A DNA stretch of 63,037 nucleotides, filler included, from Hyphochytrium catenoides (GCA_900088475.1; 8 parts of 8 records of this genome joined end to end with filler, not necessarily neighbours in it); one strand, 5' to 3'; positions 23,001 through 35,432 are shown, counted from the whole stretch's first letter. The notes: generated by a model not told the origin, from the letters alone. Numbers and translations: made by a program.

Positions 23001-24596
23001 GCTAGGCGAGGTTGACAGATGCAGGAAGTAAGGCGCACCTCTCCGGACTATAACCTAGTGCTTCCTCTTGTTGCTTCACTCAAGGGCGAGCCCCACCTTC
23101 TTCTTCGAATTCTAAAGCCTATACTTGAGCCAGTGCACCTGCGACTCTCCTTTCTCATTTACAACTCACGGGATAGGGTTGGACCTCTTTCTCCTTTTTG
23201 TCCGGGAACTCCCTCTGCACACGTTCACAATTAAGAAAAGTTCATGTGCTAACAAGATTTTCCCACAGGTTATATGAGAAGTACTTGGAGTTCGCCCCTC
23301 ATAGCTGTGCAGCTTGGAGCAAGTATGCAGAGCTAGAGAAGAAATGCGCGGAAGTCGAGAGGTGTAGAGCTATCTATGAGCTTGCGATTGCCCAGGTACT
23401 GGCAGCGGCATTGGGATTTCTTCCTAGCATCCTGGCGTTTTTTAATTTGCAACTAAGGCCATACTTTTGGCTCTTTCTCGTACCCTCCTTACTTTCGATA
23501 TCGCCTTATGGTCTCTTAGCGCTTCCGCTAACCTCTTCCCATCCGCGCCGTTCTTGCATCCCGCTTCCTTTTCTTTAGCCCATTCTGGACATGCCGGAGG
23601 TGTTGTGGAAAGCCTACATCGACTTTGAAATTGAGAACAAAGAGCATGACCGTACTCGTCTCTTATATGAACGTCTGTTGGAGAAGACGAAGCACGTGAA
23701 AGTCTGGATAAGCTATGCACAGTTCTTAGCAGGAGTGGACGAAAGCGAGGACGCCCGGGTTATCTATGAGAAGGCTTATGACTATCTCAAGAGCGAAGGG
23801 CTCAAGGAGGAGAGAGTCTTGGTAAGGATACCGCCTTCACTCTCCCATGGAAGGACTTCTTTTCATGTACAGAGGGAGTTTTGGTCGAAGGCGACCCATC
23901 CTTTGTCCTCTCTCCCATGGAAGGACTTCTTTCCATGTACAGAAGGAGTTTTGGTCGAAGGCGACCCATCCTTTGTCCTCCAAACTCATTTTTCTTCTCG
24001 GAAGTCTTGCTGATAGTTCCCGAGCTCACTTTCACCACCTTCGTTCACATTCGCAGCTCCTTGAATCTTGGCTCAAATTGGAGGTAGATCTAGGTCCACA
24101 AAATGAGCAGAACCGGAAAGCTGTCGAAGCTAAGATGCCGAAGAAGATCAAGAAGAAGAGAATGATTCCAGGAGAAGATGGGGTAAGGCCGTTATTGGAC
24201 ACTAGTTTAAAGACTAACGGCCAAGTGGAGATTGTTATGAGAGACATTGGAGTACGTCGGCGGATAGGGGCCAGACAAATGGTTGAGAAGGGCACAGAAA
24301 GGGAAAGGATACAGACTCATGAACGTCAGGGAAGTTGATGGGCGGACAGGTGGCGGGATTTGTAGTATAAGGACTGAGCCAAAGCTGGCTTGTCAGAAGG
24401 AAGAGCTGGAGAATAGGGCTGTCGGCTCACTCTTTGCACTTTGCTTTCACAGACTGGTGCCGGCTGGGAAGAGTACTACGACTACATGTTCCCCGATGAC
24501 GAACAAGCGGCGAGCAGAAGTTTCAAGTTTCTTGAGATGGCTCAGAAGTGGAAGATGGGTCAGAAACGCAAGGCTGAGGACCTAGAAGAGAGCTAA
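20095..24596 (+). CDS. CRNKL1: Crooked neck / Clf1 HAT-repeat pre-mRNA splicing factor (multi-exon; internal N gap 21602-21640)
   Basis: [80 protein letters not shown] and [22 protein letters not shown]. All introns read were GT-AG. ATG at 20095, TAA at 24594-24596. Confidence 0.96.
23841..23980 (+). repeat. Tandem duplication, 2 x 70 bp, inside a CRNKL1 intron
   Basis: 23841-23910 and 23911-23980 differ at 2 positions. Confidence 0.95.
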
Positions 24597-25783
24597 GTCT
24601 GGGAGGAAGCGCTACAAATAGTGTTAGATGGCAGGAGAGACGAGGTAGCTAGGAACAAAGACAAGGCAAGCGAGACGATAGGGATGGCGCGAAGAAAAGA
24701 GGAAGGTCTACATGAGCCGCTGTATCATAGGGAAATAGCATGCCTCTTTAGATATCGAATGTTTCTCACGCGGCCGCATTCTTATGTGAGTTAGAAGGCC
24801 CATCATGCAACTTGGCAGTGATTGTGGCACTCTCCTATTATGGCAACTAGTAGGCAGAGTCACTCACAAACTAAGAGCAAATCTGAAGAGAACACCCGAT
24901 TCTCTCTCTCTGTGAGCCTACTTGCTTCTATTTGTTCAATGAAAGACAAGCTGCGAGAGTTGACACACGAGTTCACGGCCACTGGCTGTAAGAGTACTCA
25001 AAATGACTGACGACTGCCAAGGTAAAAGTCCTCCAGTCACTTCTGCTGTGGGCTAGCAAAGCTTTTTGGAGAGCCCTTCAAGCCTGGTGCTTGATAGCGG
25101 CTATCACGTGAGGAGAACCAACAGATGGGGGAGAGGGAGCTGATCACCTGCGAAACCAATGTCTATTTAGAGGCTGAAGCAAGGATGATACCCCTGCGCC
25201 GAGGAACAACTTTCATTAGCGCTTACAAAGTGTATCACCGACTGCTCCTCCTCCTCCAGCCAGCCAATTATCCTGCCATGCCAGTACTCTAAACAGAGCT
25301 ACTAAGAGTTTGTCCACCTGCTAGCTACTTGTGACGCTATCCCCGGGCTTAAGCGCACTGAGCCCGCCGCCGAAGCGGCACCAGAAGAGCCCTGACGCCC
25401 TGGCTGAGCGAGCGAGAGAGAGAGACCCTGCAGATTGGGAGCGGCTGCTGAGTCCCTGACCACCGCAAGTTGAAGAGAGACAACACAGGACAGCAAGAGA
25501 GCCTGATGGCCACTGTAAATTTGACACAACTATATTAAAAAACACCCCTTGTAAGTGAAGCATGGGCGTTATTGACATGCCCAATACACTACACCGATTA
25601 TGGGGCCCTAGAGACAAGGCTGAAATGTCAAATAGGTTTGTGGCAACGTAAACTGACATTCTATCTTGACAAGTATCAGCTATTGGCTGAGTTGACAAGA
25701 TACCTGACATCTCTTCGATCCCAGGAATCTCCAGCCACTCTGTGCTGCATTTCTTTGGCTGTTGTCATCTCTCTCTCTCTCTC

Positions 25784-25883
25784 NNNNNNNNNNNNNNNNN
25801 NNNNNNNNNNNNNNNNNNNNNNNNNNNTTAATTAATTAANNNNNNNNNNNNNNNNNNNNNNNNNNNNNNNNNNNNNNNNNNNN
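25784..25883. other. Artificial scaffold spacer
   Basis: N44-TTAATTAATTAA-N44. Confidence 0.97.
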
Positions 25884-25915
25884 CTTTGATCAATCTCTCT
25901 CGCTCTCTGCTGGAC

Positions 25916-26466
25916 ATGGAACCAAGACAGAAGAAGCGCTTCTCAGTGTTCAAGAAGAAAAGGAGAGACACCTCTTCCACCTCCTCTTTGCATTCTCTTT
26001 CTCCGTCTTCTTCCTTCATCCAGGAGATACCAGGCCATAAATTGTCCCGGAAAAAAGAGAGAGAAGAGAAGGAGTCGAGCAGGGGTGGCTCTTTCTCTTC
26101 CTCTAATCCTGCTTGGGAGGAGGAAGAGGGTGGAGAGAGAGATATGCAAGGTCAGTACAGTCTGTCAGCCCGACACTTAGAAAGCCTGACGTGATTCTCG
26201 CCCTCTCTTCTTTCTCTCTTGACATTTCTCTCTCCGTCTCTCTCTATCTCACACACACACACCTTCTCTGTAAGCAGATAAGGTCCACCTCGGATTCATT
26301 CGACGTCCTCACCTCTTTGGTCTTAAGGTGTCTTTTGTTCTTCTCTCACTCTCCTTTGCGGCCTGTCCGCAACTCGTCAACTCCTGATTCTTGCCTTCCT
26401 CTGCAAGGTCCTTGACACTCTGCAGAGATCTCTAAAGTGCATAACTAACCTCCATCTATTCTTCCT

Positions 26467-26506
<40 letters not shown>

Positions 26507-28006
26507 TTGCTTCCCTCCTCACTAAAAAAAACATTTCTAGATGAAAAGCCTTCCTCTTATGAGGAAGCGGCAAAGCAGAGGACGAGAGAGAACGGTCTGG
26601 AGGAGGAAAAAGAAGAACAAAGGGGCGAAAGAGAGGTCGCCGCAGACTTCTTCACTCCTAGAGTCATCTTTAGCGACGAGGAAGAGGAAGAGGACGAAGA
26701 GGAAGAAGCAGAGCCAGCCGTGGAGCCCCAGCCGGAGCTGTTACCGTTTGCTCCTGATTCTCCATTGTTTCGAAGGTGAGGAGAATCTCCGAGATGTTAT
26801 CTCGAGGTTATTGCTCTTTGTCTGTCTATTCTCTCTCTACTCTTGCATTTCTCTCTTTCGCTCTCTCTCTCTAGGATTCTCTCTTCTTGCCTCGCTCTCT
26901 TTCACTTTCTTTTCTCTCTTCCTATCCCGCTCTCTCTCTCCCTATCTCCCTCTCTCTCTCTCCCCTTTCTCTCCATGATCCACCCCTTTTCCATAACTCA
27001 CACAGTTCCATGTTTGCCCTGCTGTCGACTACAGCCAACTAGCAAGCCTCGAGTCTCTTCTCTCCGCCGAGTCATCGCGTCTCTCTTCTCTTCGCAAGAA
27101 GGCACAGGAGGTCGCCACCTTTGGTAGACTCTTCTCTAGTTCTCTTGGAGCGCTGAGAGAAGAACTCGGGGAGAGAGGAGGAAAGACCAACCTCGGCTTG
27201 GCGGGCACCCTTTATGAGGTAAACGAAGGTGCTACACATCTCGAGGCCGCGAGGAGAGAGAGAGAAGAATGAAGGGAGGAAGAGAGAGAGAGAGAGAGAG
27301 ATCATGAGCAGTATATTATAGAAAGTCGGCCTATGAAAGTGGGGATATGCCCGCACCCTCTCTCTCCTCTGTTGCTGGTTCATGTTTCTTCCGAGTGTCT
27401 CTTCCCTTACAACGTTCTTGGCCCTGTAGGAGCTCCGAATCATGCGTGAGAAGATGTCTCTGGGACTTCTCCGCCTAGAGAGAGGACTCAACTCTTTCTC
27501 TTCCGTCCTAGAGGAGCATCTCGGCCATGCACTGGGAGAGTTTAACCAGGAAACTTTACTTAAGGCAACCAAAGAGAAGCGGGAAGAGCTAAATGAAAAG
27601 TTTTCCCGGTATGTGATGTGTCCTCGTCTCATTCTCCCCATTCTCTTCTCTCTCGCACGCGTTCTCTTTCTCTCTCGCGCGTGTTTTCTTTCTCTCTCTC
27701 TCTCTCTCTCTCCAAAAAGTTTGCTTTCTCAGCCGTTCCCTTGCGCTCGCTCTGTCTCTCTGTGTCTTCCTCTCTTCTCCCTCTCTTTCCATACCCCTCA
27801 ACCTCTCTTCCTCTGTTGCTTGCCTCAGATACTACGTCCTCACGGAGCAGTTGGCGGCCGCATCGGCTGAAGACGTGAAGTCATCTGCGGCAGGAAAAGG
27901 TTTGGAATGGGCTCTGAAGCACTCCGCCTGGGCCTTTGAAGAGTCGCGCCTAGGGCTTCTGATGCACCTCAATCTCCTCCTCAGACATGAAGGAATACTG
28001 CTACAT
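25916..28006 (+). CDS. Hypothetical multi-exon gene fragment, possibly BAR-domain containing (truncated at scaffold end)
   Basis: Exons bounded by GT/AG and CT-rich introns. The spliced C-terminal part (ELRIMREK..KEKREELNEKFSRYYVLTEQL..LEWALKHSAWAFEESRLGLLMHLNLL) is helical and resembles BAR helices of ArfGAP-type proteins. Confidence 0.45.
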
Positions 28007-28106
28007 NNNNNNNNNNNNNNNNNNNNNNNNNNNNNNNNNNNNNNNNNNNNTTAATTAATTAANNNNNNNNNNNNNNNNNNNNNNNNNNNNNNNNNNNNNN
28101 NNNNNN
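28007..28106. other. Artificial scaffold spacer
   Basis: N44-TTAATTAATTAA-N44. Confidence 0.97.
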
Positions 28107-30074
28107 GGTAGGAGGTGGGGGTGGGAGGGGTGGCCTCTGTACAATACCTTAGATAACCTACTACTGTACCTGGAACAGTACCGTTTTACAGTTCATAGCG
28201 TAGAGTCAACGGCATTCGGAATCTACAAGACAGCATGACATGTACCAATGCAAACAGCCCAACAGTAACTATGAGACAATGGAATAGTTCTACAAGCAGA
28301 TCGAAGGGGAAGGACACCGTCATGATGGGATCGGAGCCTGGGACTATTCAGAACATGAAATGATCGGTAGTGTTATGATTGTCGTCCTGCCCACCCCGGC
28401 GCTGTGGTGGTTGAGTAGACTAGCCCCGCCCACCTCATAATGGCAAGACAACCTCAGGACGGCGGAGGGGAGGAAGGGCACAGCAGATGATTGTCCTACT
28501 ACTGTATCAGGAGAAGGGAGCTAACCTATGGTCAGAAGATGGAAAAAGAAGAGAGTGGGCAGTGACAATCATTAGCAGAGGCGTTTGTCTATGAGCGTAT
28601 AACTTCCCAGAGTGGTGAGCAGTTTCTGCAACGAGAGATAAGAAGAGTGTAGTTGTCAAGAAAGAGAGGGAGAAGGCAGAGATGGGTGTCTATCGTTGGG
28701 ATTAAGGGTCACTGGCCGTTGCTAAGCCAATCCCCTCCTGGTAACGCCCCTAATGTAAACTTTAGAGTACTTTGCCACGTCCGGTTCCTTTTGCAGCAAG
28801 GCCATTACCAAGAATTCTGGCTAGCTTCCCTTTTCGTGGAGAGAACATCGGCCACACGTAGGAACGGGAACCATAGTCGGTTCGATCTCCTCCCTTCTGT
28901 ACATAAGCCCATCGTAGAGACAGCCCAAGAACGACCACGAGAGGCTATCTATCAAAGAGTTAGGAGCATCGGTCGCTGATCTATCTACCTTCGAAGAGGA
29001 TGATGATGGTGCTGGGACATAGGATCCAGTGCTAGTGCTGCTGTGTTAGCCTAAATGTCGTGGCTCCACTTCCAAGAAGCTTAGGTTTCTATATTTTGTT
29101 GCAAGAATGCAAATGATAGCCATATCATTTGGCACTCTTTGTATATTACTCCTTCTTCTGTCCCTATTATTAACACTACTCCTCCCTCCGCTGAGAAGGC
29201 TCTCCAACGAAAGAGCTGGTTGCCCGGGATATTCTCCCTCTCTCGTCTTCTGTCCTGCTGCCTCTTTCTTCCTTGGCTCTGTATTTTTTAACTCTAACTT
29301 CACTACCTTTCCCAGAAGTAAACTTGCAATAATACAGACAAGCAGTTCCCAAGTGCGTCCTCTCACTCTTCCTCATTTCTTGTCTTCTCGTTCACTTCAA
29401 CTGACAAGCGAAAGCAAAATATTCTACTCGTTTTCCTCTCTTACTTGCTTACCTTTCTCTCTTTCTCACGCTCTACTATCTCTGCCATTGTAGCTTGGAG
29501 AAGAGTAGGACACAGACATAGATGTGGAGATGAGTAATTGCTGTTCAACTGACGTACAACAAGAAGAGCCTTAAAAGAGAGAGAGAAATGGTTAGTTATG
29601 TCGTCAACTTCGTCCCAGCGCCCATACTTTCCCGTTTACTATGTGCCCTGCGCCACGTCTTGTTGTCTCTTTGTCTTTCTCTCCTTACTCTGTAGTAGAG
29701 TAGCCGTCTTATTACCCTTTCTCACTGCGGTTTCCCTCGATCTCTCTCTCTATTTTCCTTATCCTCTATCCCTTTTGTTGTCAGGTTTTCCTCTCAATTG
29801 AGCAGCTTATCTTCATTCTCATCGTGTCCCTGCTGTGTTCTCTCTCTCTTGTTAGTAGTACCGCCTGCTGGTCTACGGCCAGCTATCAATCCTCCACGAC
29901 ATCCTCTCAAGCCTTTGAAGTCCTCACTCATTTAATTTCTCAGTTCAGCTCCGGCATTGAGACTCTGTTCACGTTAGAAATTAGCAGCGTTGAAGTAGGG
30001 AGAGTGATCAACAGGAGCGAGGAACTGAGAAAATCAAAGAGCGGTTGATAGAGAAGAACGGACCAAGGGAGACA

Positions 30075-30449
30075 ATGTTGTGGCTTCCCACAGAAGAGGA
30101 GCTCATTCAAGCGGCGATCATCCTGGCACTTGTTGTTGCCGTGACAGGCTTCCTGCTCCTCTGGGCTTCTTACTATGCCTCCTCGTGGGTCTTCCAAACT
30201 CTTATGTGGAGGGTGATTGGCAAGAGGGCCAGATGCTGGAAGTCAATGCTCTCCCTCCCTTTCTATGATGATGAGACAAGGAGAACGGAAGGTACGGGGT
30301 TAAAGCAAGGAGGAAGCTCTTGCTTTTCAGCAATGTTAGACGCGCTCCACCTTGGGAGGGAAGCAGACGTAAAGGTAGCGGCTAAGGATAATAGAACTGC
30401 AGAGGTAAGATTAGAGTATGGGCACTCTGGAGATGGAAGCATGAAATGA
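30075..30449 (+). CDS. Hypothetical membrane protein (possible first exon)
   Basis: ATG at 30075 opens MLWLPTEEELIQAAIILALVVAVTGFLLLWASYYASSWVF, a strong TM segment. No family recognised. Confidence 0.3.
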   Translation: MLWLPTEEELIQAAIILALVVAVTGFLLLWASYYASSWVFQTLMWRVIGKRARCWKSMLSLPFYDDETRRTEGTGLKQGGSSCFSAMLDALHLGREADVKVAAKDNRTAEVRLEYGHSGDGSMK

Positions 30450-30874
30450 GGGACGAAGGTGAAGTGAGGAGGAGACACACAGACACCACTGAGCGCTGGC
30501 GCTAGACGGATGGAAAGGGATCAGGAGTTAGCTCGACAAAAGTCGACACCCTAATGAGGATGCTGTCGACACATAACTCCGGTCCTTTTACCATACCAAC
30601 CAGGCACTTTACCTTGAGGCTATCGAGGCCTTGGAGTCAGGGCATTGCAGAGGATGCGCAGTCCTGGCTCTCAATCTCTTGGGATGCAGGGCCGCCACCA
30701 CTGCACAGCTCGGTGACAAGATAGCCGCTGGGGACCAGCTGCAGTAAGTCATCCCAAGGAGAGATGACGGAAGTGAGTGGTAGAGCAGCAGCAGCTGCTG
30801 CAGTGAAACATGCCGAAGAGGGAACGAGTAGTCTAAACGTACCCAAGAGAGGCGAGAGAGACTGCAAATGACGT

Positions 30875-30974
30875 NNNNNNNNNNNNNNNNNNNNNNNNNN
30901 NNNNNNNNNNNNNNNNNNTTAATTAATTAANNNNNNNNNNNNNNNNNNNNNNNNNNNNNNNNNNNNNNNNNNNN
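30875..30974. other. Artificial scaffold spacer
   Basis: N44-TTAATTAATTAA-N44. Confidence 0.97.
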
Positions 30975-31059
30975 CGTGGCGGGTAATGTTCTCTCAAGAG
31001 GAGTAGCCCTGCCAAGAGAGAGAACTCTTCTCTCTATACTCTTTCGCCCCATTCATACC

Positions 31060-31760
31060 CCTTTCTTCCCTTCTCCTCTCTTCATCGCCCTGTCAACCTA
31101 CCGCTGCAGGCGGTCCAGCGCTTTTCCATCGCCTCATCTACGGGCTGTCGCCTATGCTTCGCCTTGCCGAGTCGTGGCCTTGGCGCAAAGGACTCTGTGA
31201 TGTCCGCAGCTGCCCGATCACACTCTCTCCGGAAGCTTTGAACTGCAGGCAGTTCGGTAACAAGGCTATGGGGACATAGCGATGACGGACATGCAGGGAG
31301 AAAGACAGAGAGACAGAGACAGAGAGAGGAGAGAGAGAAGAAGAGAGAGAGAAGAAGAGAGAGAGAGAGGGAGAGAAAGAGGTCAAGCGACTCAGAAAGA
31401 GAATGAGTGGAGAAGCCCAGGCCCTCCGCCTTCCCGCTCCTGCCTGCCAGGGTCTTCTTACCGCCTGCATTGGCTCTGAGTCAAGGGCTTTCGCTCTTCT
31501 TCAGCCGCACCAGCTGCACTCCTTACTTGGCCATCGTCTTCCGTCACAGCTGCCCCCTGAGTCACCATGGAGTCGAGCGGAGCGTCATCCTCTCCGTCAT
31601 CTTCAGAGCTCTCTAAAGAGAGAGCTGCTGTCTCTTTGTGCCGCTGGCGGTAGTCCTGAAGCCATTTCTTCTTCTGCTTCCCTGAGTGACGCTTCCGCCG
31701 CGGCCTCGACTGAGGCGTCGCATTGGCGCCTCCAAATGATTGCAGCATCGGTCCCCTAAG
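31060..31760 (-). CDS. Hypothetical protein exons (basic, then acidic low-complexity)
   Basis: Exon-like RPRRKRHSGKQKKKWLQDYRQRHKE..SSEDDGEDD, ending at a GT donor near 31460 and followed by a CT-rich intron on the minus strand. Boundaries uncertain. Confidence 0.3.
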
Positions 31761-32238
31761 ATGCCTTGCTTGCTGCTGCCTGGTCCTCCTCTACCCGGCT
31801 CGTTTGTCCTTCCCGCTTTCTTGTGGTGCCTGCCTTTCTTGCTCTCTCTCTCTCTCTCTCTCTGCCTCTGTCTGACCTTTTTGGCCTCTCTATTGTCACT
31901 TTGCTTGAGAAGCTGCCAGGAACATTGTCCTTTCAGAATCTCTTCCTCGACATCTTTCCCTGTTCTGGCAGTGGGGACGAGGAACTCATCACGAAGGAAC
32001 AGGAATGAAGATGAAGAGCAATCAGAAACCCTATGCCATTTATCAGAAATACTAGGGATGTAGATAACGAATAGGACATTATGAGAAGCTGAAGGTTTCA
32101 CATTGTTCTTGTGAAATATTATTACAACAGGCCCATGGTGAGGGTCTAGAGTAACTTTCAACTGTGATACATTCGAAAGATGGTGCTTCAGCATATATTC
32201 CGAACTGGTCTTCATGGCTCTATACATTCTTCTTTCTT

Positions 32239-32269
<31 letters not shown>

Positions 32270-32270
32270 A

Positions 32271-32308
<38 letters not shown>

Positions 32309-32423
32309 NNNNNNNNNNNNNNTCACTCCGCCTCTCTCTCTCTCTCTCTCTCTCCCTTTCTCTCTGTGGGGCCTCTCTTATTCTCCCCTTTGCCAGCCAA
32401 GAACTCTCCTGCCGAAGCACCCA

Positions 32424-32688
32424 ATGGCCTCTCTCGCGGAACAGAAAGAGAACCAAGTATCCCAGACCACTGGCGCCTCTCTTCCTGTGGAGGGAGAGAG
32501 AGAAGACGCGTCTCCTCCCGCCGTGGAGATAAATTATAACTTTGTCGCAGGCTCTTATGCCGTGGGCAGCTTCCTCTCGATCCTGCTCTACCTCGCCCAC
32601 CACTTCTATGGATCCTTAGAAGGCTATTGGATTGTGGTTAGTCCCTTCGGCTCTGCCTCGCTTGCTTCTGTGCTTCTCTCTTTCTCTT

Positions 32689-32741
<53 letters not shown>

Positions 32742-33017
32742 TTTCTCTCACTCTGTCTTTTGTTCATCATCGTCGGTGTAGGTGTCCCTGGAGTCTCCTT
32801 CTCTCCTTTCTCTCTTCTCCAGTGCTTTGTGTGAGTCTCCCTCTCCTCTCGCTGTCTCTCTTATTCTCATTGCATTTTCTGTCTCTCGCTAGCTGGCTCT
32901 CACTCTCTCTTCTAGTTCGCTCCCTTCTTTCCCTGCCTCCTTTGGAGCTTATACAAGCGCCAGCAATGGCTAGCACGGAGACATCTGACCGTCACCGAGG
33001 CCAAGAAGAAGTCCTAG
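32424..33017 (+). CDS. Small two-TM hypothetical protein, ~104 aa (exons 32424-32636, 32916-33017)
   Basis: A phase-0 GT-AG intron joins ..YAVGSFLSILLYLAHHFYGSLEGYWIV to FAPFFPCLLWSLYKRQQWLARRHLTVTEAKKKS*. Not visible as a single ORF in the ORF track. Confidence 0.55.
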
Positions 33018-33743
33018 CCCTAGCAGAAGCCCCTGCGCGTGCGCGGGAGAGGTGGGAGAGAGAGAGAAGAAGAAGAGAGAGAGGCGCAAAAGAAGAAGAA
33101 GATGCCTTCGGTCCTCTTGGTATTTATGGTCTTCTCATACTTAGGCAGGCAGAGAGTCTTCCATCGCGTCGCCCTCCCAAGTCCACACTCCTTTGACCCT
33201 GTCCTAGCTCCCCTTAGAGGCGAGTCAGGGCCTGAAAGCTGAGGGCCGGTGGCTGCTATCTCTCTTGTACGGCGGTCGGACTGTGGCTCTCTCTCTCTCT
33301 CTGACTGCTTGGTACGCCATCCTCGGCCATCCCGTTCTTAGACAGCAGTCGGCATCGATTTGTTGAGACTGATAATAAGTGCATCTCATTGCCGACCGTA
33401 TTCCTCTTTCATGCTCTCTGGCCCCCAAATGGTCTCTCTTTCCTCCACAACTCTCTCTCTCTCTCTCCTGTGCTTCACATACGTTCTTCCTCCCTTGAAT
33501 CCTTCTGCCTCATAACGGCAGTGTCTTCCTAGCAATACTCTGGTTCTCTCATTCTCTCTCTCTCCGGCCCGTCCTTTCTCCCATGCTTGCATATCAGCTT
33601 CAACAGAACGTCAGCTAGGGTCTCCTATGCCACGAAAGTTTATTTATTGGTCTCTACTCTGAATGTAATGACGGCTCTCTCTCTCTTCCCGTCCCTCTCT
33701 CTGTCTCGCTCAACCTCTCTTTGTCTAGCAACTCTCCCTCTTC

Positions 33744-35432
33744 TCACTTAGGTCCATGCTTAGAGTAGTCCGTTACTCCTGGGGCAATATACTTGCTATA
33801 GTTCTTCTTGAACATCTCCGCCAGCTTCTTCGCCGTGGCATCATACTTCTGCCCATCTTCCCAGCTCTCTCTGGGGTGCAGGACATCCGATGGGATGGAA
33901 GCCAAGCTCTTGGGCACCTGGAAACCAAAGATTGGGTCCGTGCTAAACTCTGAATTCTTGATGCTGCCGTCTAGGATGGCGTCAATGCACATGCGGGTGT
34001 TCTTGATGCTCATTCTTTTGCCTACACCATACGGGCCGCCGGTCCAGCCAGTGTTGACAAGGTAGACATTGGTTCCATGCTTCTTCAGCTTCTCCTGCAG
34101 CAGATCCGCGTACTTGGTCGGGTGAAGAGGAAGGAAAGCTGCGCCAAAGCAAGCGGAGAAGGTCGCCTCGGGCTCATTCACGCCTCTTTCAGTGCCTGCT
34201 ACCTTGGCCGTGTAGCCAGAGAGAAAGTGGTACATAGCCTGCCCCGGTGTGAGCTTAGACACCGGTGGGAGCACTCCATAGGCATCACAAGTGAGGAAGA
34301 TAACGTTGTTGGGGTGTGGGCCGCGGGACTTGGGCTCAAAGTTCGGGATGTGGTAGATCGGGTAAGACACGCGGCCATTCTGCGTCTTAGAAGAGTTGAA
34401 ATAGTCAGGCTCCTTTGTCTTCTCATCAATCCATACATTCTCCAGCATAGCGTCTCTCTTGATGGCACGGTAGATATCTGGCTCATTCTCTTCGGAGAGG
34501 TTGATGGTCTTGGCATAGCAGCCGCCCTCAAAGTTGAAGATGCCGTGGTCGTCCCACCCGTGCTCATCATCGCCGATAAGATATCTCTTGGGGTCTGCAG
34601 AAAGCGTTGTCTTTCCGGTGCCCGAGAGGCCGAAGAAGAGTGCGGAATCGCCATCCTTGCCAACGTTTGCGGAACAGTGCATGGGCATCTTACCCTCGAG
34701 AGGGAGCCAGTAATTCATCATTGAGAAGATGCCTTTCTTCATTTCTCCGCCGTAGTAGGTACCGCCTATGATGGCAACGTCTTTCTCAATATTGAAGCTC
34801 ACAAACACCTCAGAGTTCATCCCGTCTTTCTGATAATCTGGATGGGTCACCTTGCAGGCGTTGATGATAGTGAAATCAGGCTCAAAGTTCTCGATCTCGG
34901 CCTTCGTCTTAGGTCTAATAAACATGTTCGTGACGAAGTGGTGCTGCCAGGCCAGCTCCGTGACAAACCGCACGCGTTTCGGACCTGCAGCACTGGCACC
35001 GCAATAGCCATCGAAGACGTAGATCTTGTCTGCCTTGGTGCTATAGTGCTCCGTGCATTTCTTGTACAGCTTGTCAAAGGTTTCAGACTTCATAGGCTTG
35101 TTCACCTCTCCCCACCAGATGTTTTTGTCGGACGGAGCCTGCTTAACGAAGTACTTGTCCTTGGGAGATCTACCAGTGAACTTGCCAGTGTCGACTGCGA
35201 AGGTGTCATTGGCAACGAAAGTACCCTCCTTGTTCTTCTTCTCATGCTCGGCAATCTCATCGTAGGAGAGATTGCGGAACACCTTTGCCTTATCATTTTT
35301 GATCCCAAGCTTATCCAGGCCAAGCTCCGAGAGCGTGCTCATTTGGCGAGCAGCCAGAATGGGCCGCTGAGCCGATGCAAGTCTGCCCAAGCCGCAGAGG
35401 CTATTCCTCTTTAGAAGAAAAGATGCAGCCAT
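33744..35432 (-). CDS. PCK1: Phosphoenolpyruvate carboxykinase (ATP) with predicted mitochondrial presequence, intronless
   Basis: 562-aa ORF with [26 protein letters not shown]-loop [27 protein letters not shown] and [11 protein letters not shown]-terminus [32 protein letters not shown]. Confidence 0.97.
   Translation of the reverse strand: MAASFLLKRNSLCGLGRLASAQRPILAARQMSTLSELGLDKLGIKNDKAKVFRNLSYDEIAEHEKKNKEGTFVANDTFAVDTGKFTGRSPKDKYFVKQAPSDKNIWWGEVNKPMKSETFDKLYKKCTEHYSTKADKIYVFDGYCGASAAGPKRVRFVTELAWQHHFVTNMFIRPKTKAEIENFEPDFTIINACKVTHPDYQKDGMNSEVFVSFNIEKDVAIIGGTYYGGEMKKGIFSMMNYWLPLEGKMPMHCSANVGKDGDSALFFGLSGTGKTTLSADPKRYLIGDDEHGWDDHGIFNFEGGCYAKTINLSEENEPDIYRAIKRDAMLENVWIDEKTKEPDYFNSSKTQNGRVSYPIYHIPNFEPKSRGPHPNNVIFLTCDAYGVLPPVSKLTPGQAMYHFLSGYTAKVAGTERGVNEPEATFSACFGAAFLPLHPTKYADLLQEKLKKHGTNVYLVNTGWTGGPYGVGKRMSIKNTRMCIDAILDGSIKNSEFSTDPIFGFQVPKSLASIPSDVLHPRESWEDGQKYDATAKKLAEMFKKNYSKYIAPGVTDYSKHGPK

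Noticed and set aside
20095-24596. Possible non-canonical splice sites or alternative genetic code
   Set aside because: All introns I traced in CRNKL1, GPN1, ATG18, the GPATs and PGAP1 were GT-AG and in phase. No in-frame stops occurred in conserved exons.
34077-35414. Long plus-strand ORFs opposite PEPCK
   Set aside because: Antisense shadow ORFs expected from biased codon usage of the real gene
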